Shown here: piece by piece, positions 14,078 through 16,000 of the stretch
Position numbering within the stretch: the first letter of the stretch is position 1
Layout: each line of letters begins with the position of its first letter
Origin: Verrucomicrobiota bacterium
GTDB taxonomy: Bacteria; Verrucomicrobiota; Verrucomicrobiia; Opitutales; Opitutaceae
Assembly (NCBI GenBank): GCA_003641745.1
Contig: QNAI01000066.1
Location: forward strand, 1,367 to 17,366
Length of the DNA stretch: 16,000 bases
Direction of reading: 5' to 3'
Notes under the pieces: model-generated
The model's database searches: none
What the model saw: only the letters and a program-made list of their open reading frames with translations
What the model was told of the DNA's origin: nothing
Position numbers and translations under genes: made by a program

Positions 14078-14668
14078 ATGAAATCCCTGGCGTCCAATCA
14101 GGATTCACCCCAGCGTACTGACCCCAGAAGTCCGCTGATCCCGCTTCCCATGGCATCCGGAGAATCGAATACGACCCTGGTGGCTCTCTTCGAAGCTGAA
14201 GAGAGTCGGATTCTGGGCTTCGCGACCGGCCTGGTGGGTCGTCGTGCGGTGGCTGAGGAGTTGGTGCAGGAGACGTTTGTGAGGCTGCACCAGGTCTGGG
14301 ATCAGGTGGATAACCCGCGCGCCTGGCTCTACCGCAGCCTGCGGAACCTGGCGGCCAACCATCTCAGAGACAGGCGGGACGAAACCGAACTCGACGAAAA
14401 ACGGGAATCCGGGTCCGGTGAGAACGCACTTCCCGATGAGGTCCTGGGGCGCATGGAGGCGGTGGGAACGATGCGGCTTCTGGTGGCCGAGATGGCGCAG
14501 GAAGACCGGGATCTGATCCGGTTCAAATACGAAGAGGGGCTGAAATATCGGGAGATCAGTGAACGGACGGGCATCAGTATCGGGAACGTTGGTTTTCGCC
14601 TTCACCACCTTCTCAAGAGCCTGGCCGTCGGTCTGCGCCAGGCGGGAATCGAAGGGAGCCGGGGATAG
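14078..14668 (+). CDS. ECF-type RNA polymerase sigma-70 family factor
   Basis: Region 2 (AEELVQETFVRLHQVWDQVDNPRAWLYRSLRNLAANHLRD) and region 4 HTH (LIRFKYEEGLKYREISERTGISIGNVGFRLHHLLKSL). The start is uncertain: ATG 14078 or ATG 14150 (MASGESNTT). Confidence 0.9.
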   Translation: MKSLASNQDSPQRTDPRSPLIPLPMASGESNTTLVALFEAEESRILGFATGLVGRRAVAEELVQETFVRLHQVWDQVDNPRAWLYRSLRNLAANHLRDRRDETELDEKRESGSGENALPDEVLGRMEAVGTMRLLVAEMAQEDRDLIRFKYEEGLKYREISERTGISIGNVGFRLHHLLKSLAVGLRQAGIEGSRG

Positions 14669-14680
14669 GAGGAAGATACC

Positions 14681-16000
14681 ATGAGTCACGACGATAAAGA
14701 CAAGAGCCCCGACCTTAATCTATGGATCGACCCCGAGTTCGAAGCACGGGTGATTGCCTGGGTCCTGGGCGAAGTGTCCGATTTTGAAGCGGCGGAGTTG
14801 GAGCGGTTGATCAAAGATAAACCAGAACTCGCCCTGTTCAGGAAGCGTATCGAGGCCGCCCACGGTCTGGCTGCGGAGGCGATGGGTCCGGAGGGTGACC
14901 CACTGCGTCTGTCGCCCGAACGGCGAGCTGAACTGCTGGCGCGGATCTCGGAACCCGTTGCGGATACCGAGCCGGACAGGCCGATCGTTTATCGGAGATC
15001 GCCGGCCATCAATTGGCGCAAATGGCTGCCGGCGGGAGCTGTTTCTGTTGCGGCCTCCTTCATTTTGGTTTTCGGGGTTGTTCGAATGGGTCTGCGTCAC
15101 ACCGAATTCGGCCAGGCCGACTTTTCGCAGTCGCTGGAATTACCCACCCCGCCGCCGCCTCCGACTGAATGGGACGGGCGCCGGCTTGGTCGGGAGGAAC
15201 CAATGAAGCTGAAATTGGAGTCCGGATCCAGGGTGTTGCTGGATGGACCGATTGTCGATCCGCTCAGCGTCAATCAACTGGAGATCGCTCTCGATGTGGG
15301 TATCGGTGGACTTTCCGGCACGATGGACGAGTTCGATCGTCAGGTGGGACAGGACAAGCAGGCGATCGCCGCGGCGGTCGATTCCTCAATTCTTTACAAG
15401 GGTGAAGGGATTGGGAGCGAAGAGGTTTTCTATGAATACGGTGATCTCGATCGCCTCGACGCAAACAAGCCGGCCGTAGCCGGGCGCTCAAATTCGCTTT
15501 TTCAGAGTGCCGGCACGACGGCGCCCGCTCCGAGCAGTCGGGAGCGTGCCAAGCTGAAAGATGTCACCGAAACGGAGGTCGTCGTCCTGTCAGCATTCGA
15601 GGTTTCCTCAGACGACGAGGATCCGGGTTATCGTGCACCGAATACACCCTGGGACTCGCAACGGAAAAGCCGTAATACAGCTTTTGTGCATAGCCCCTCG
15701 CCGTTGGTTGCGGAAAAGAAAGACCAGGCTGAAGTCCGCAGCGTTGTCGGTGGTAAGATCCTGGGCGACACCAAGGTTCCAAAGTCTTCAGGCGAGTATG
15801 CAGCGACCCCTTTCACCGTTGCAGAGGTCAACGCTCTCGAGGAGTCGGTATCCACATTTTCACTACATGTAAGCGATGTCTCTTTCAGACTGGCCCTGGC
15901 GGCACTCGATCGTGGACAGATGCCGAATCCGGAAATCATTCGTCCCGAGGAATTCTACAATGCATTCGACTACGGAGATCCGGCGCCGACCACGGCGGAG
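14681..16000 (+). CDS. Anti-sigma factor / von Willebrand A (YfbK-like) fusion protein, 3' end outside the window
   Basis: Not in the supplied ORF track. The ATG at 14681 lies 7 nt after aggagga (14667-14673) and 13 nt after the sigma stop. I translated 440 codons by hand with no stop up to 16000. There is one TM segment (WLPAGAVSVAASFILVFGVV, about 15023-15082). The C-terminal visible part, STFSLHVSDVSFRLALAALDRGQMPNPEIIRPEEFYNAFDYG, resembles the N-terminal module of YfbK-type vWA proteins. Confidence 0.8.
   Translation, partial: MSHDDKDKSPDLNLWIDPEFEARVIAWVLGEVSDFEAAELERLIKDKPELALFRKRIEAAHGLAAEAMGPEGDPLRLSPERRAELLARISEPVADTEPDRPIVYRRSPAINWRKWLPAGAVSVAASFILVFGVVRMGLRHTEFGQADFSQSLELPTPPPPPTEWDGRRLGREEPMKLKLESGSRVLLDGPIVDPLSVNQLEIALDVGIGGLSGTMDEFDRQVGQDKQAIAAAVDSSILYKGEGIGSEEVFYEYGDLDRLDANKPAVAGRSNSLFQSAGTTAPAPSSRERAKLKDVTETEVVVLSAFEVSSDDEDPGYRAPNTPWDSQRKSRNTAFVHSPSPLVAEKKDQAEVRSVVGGKILGDTKVPKSSGEYAATPFTVAEVNALEESVSTFSLHVSDVSFRLALAALDRGQMPNPEIIRPEEFYNAFDYGDPAPTTAE

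Noticed and set aside
14105-14689. 194-aa minus-strand ORF, and similar long antisense ORFs at 561..1058, 1239..1961, 5117..5674, 7405..8037, 8315..9004, 12881..13357 and 14720..15100
   Set aside because: Each lies antisense to, or out of frame within, a CDS with clear family motifs. Their translations are Arg/Pro/Gly-rich with no motifs, as expected for shadow ORFs in GC-rich DNA.

Overview
High-GC bacterial chromosomal window. The gene content (sulfatase, PL10-type lyase, ECF sigma with an anti-sigma/vWA fusion, Haem_bd-type protein) suggests a polysaccharide-degrading PVC-group organism such as Verrucomicrobiota or Kiritimatiellota; this is inference only. I support 16 protein-coding genes. 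They are: an RluA-family pseudouridine synthase; pnuC plus a NadR-type ribosylnicotinamide-kinase-like ATPase joined by an ATGAATGA overlap; a beta-propeller glycoside-hydrolase-like protein; an orphan 234-aa protein; a PL10-like pectate lyase; a minus-strand cluster (heme-binding-domain protein, SAM methyltransferase, sulfatase without signal peptide, GNAT); a cytochrome b562-like protein; a visibly lower-GC pair (glucuronokinase-like GHMP kinase plus GalU-type uridylyltransferase); a URO-D family protein; an ECF sigma factor; and a downstream anti-sigma/vWA ORF (14681 to the window end) that is missing from the supplied ORF track because it has no stop in the window. I saw no rRNA, tRNA, CRISPR array, transposase or integrase. 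The most unusual signal is non-coding. Each of the four long intergenic regions carries a long hairpin-forming repeat, from three families. Family 1 has two copies (3621-3758, 12365-12512) with a near-identical core but a completely covarying outer helix and a crossing (pseudoknot-like) helix arrangement. Family 2 is a 21-bp perfect inverted repeat built of tandem 9-mers around an AT-rich 119-nt insert (6209-6389). Family 3 is a perfect 24-bp REPIN-like palindrome in a divergent promoter region (13849-13906). I cannot assign any of them to a known RNA family or mobile element from memory. All protein family calls rest on motif recognition and need HMM or BLAST confirmation.
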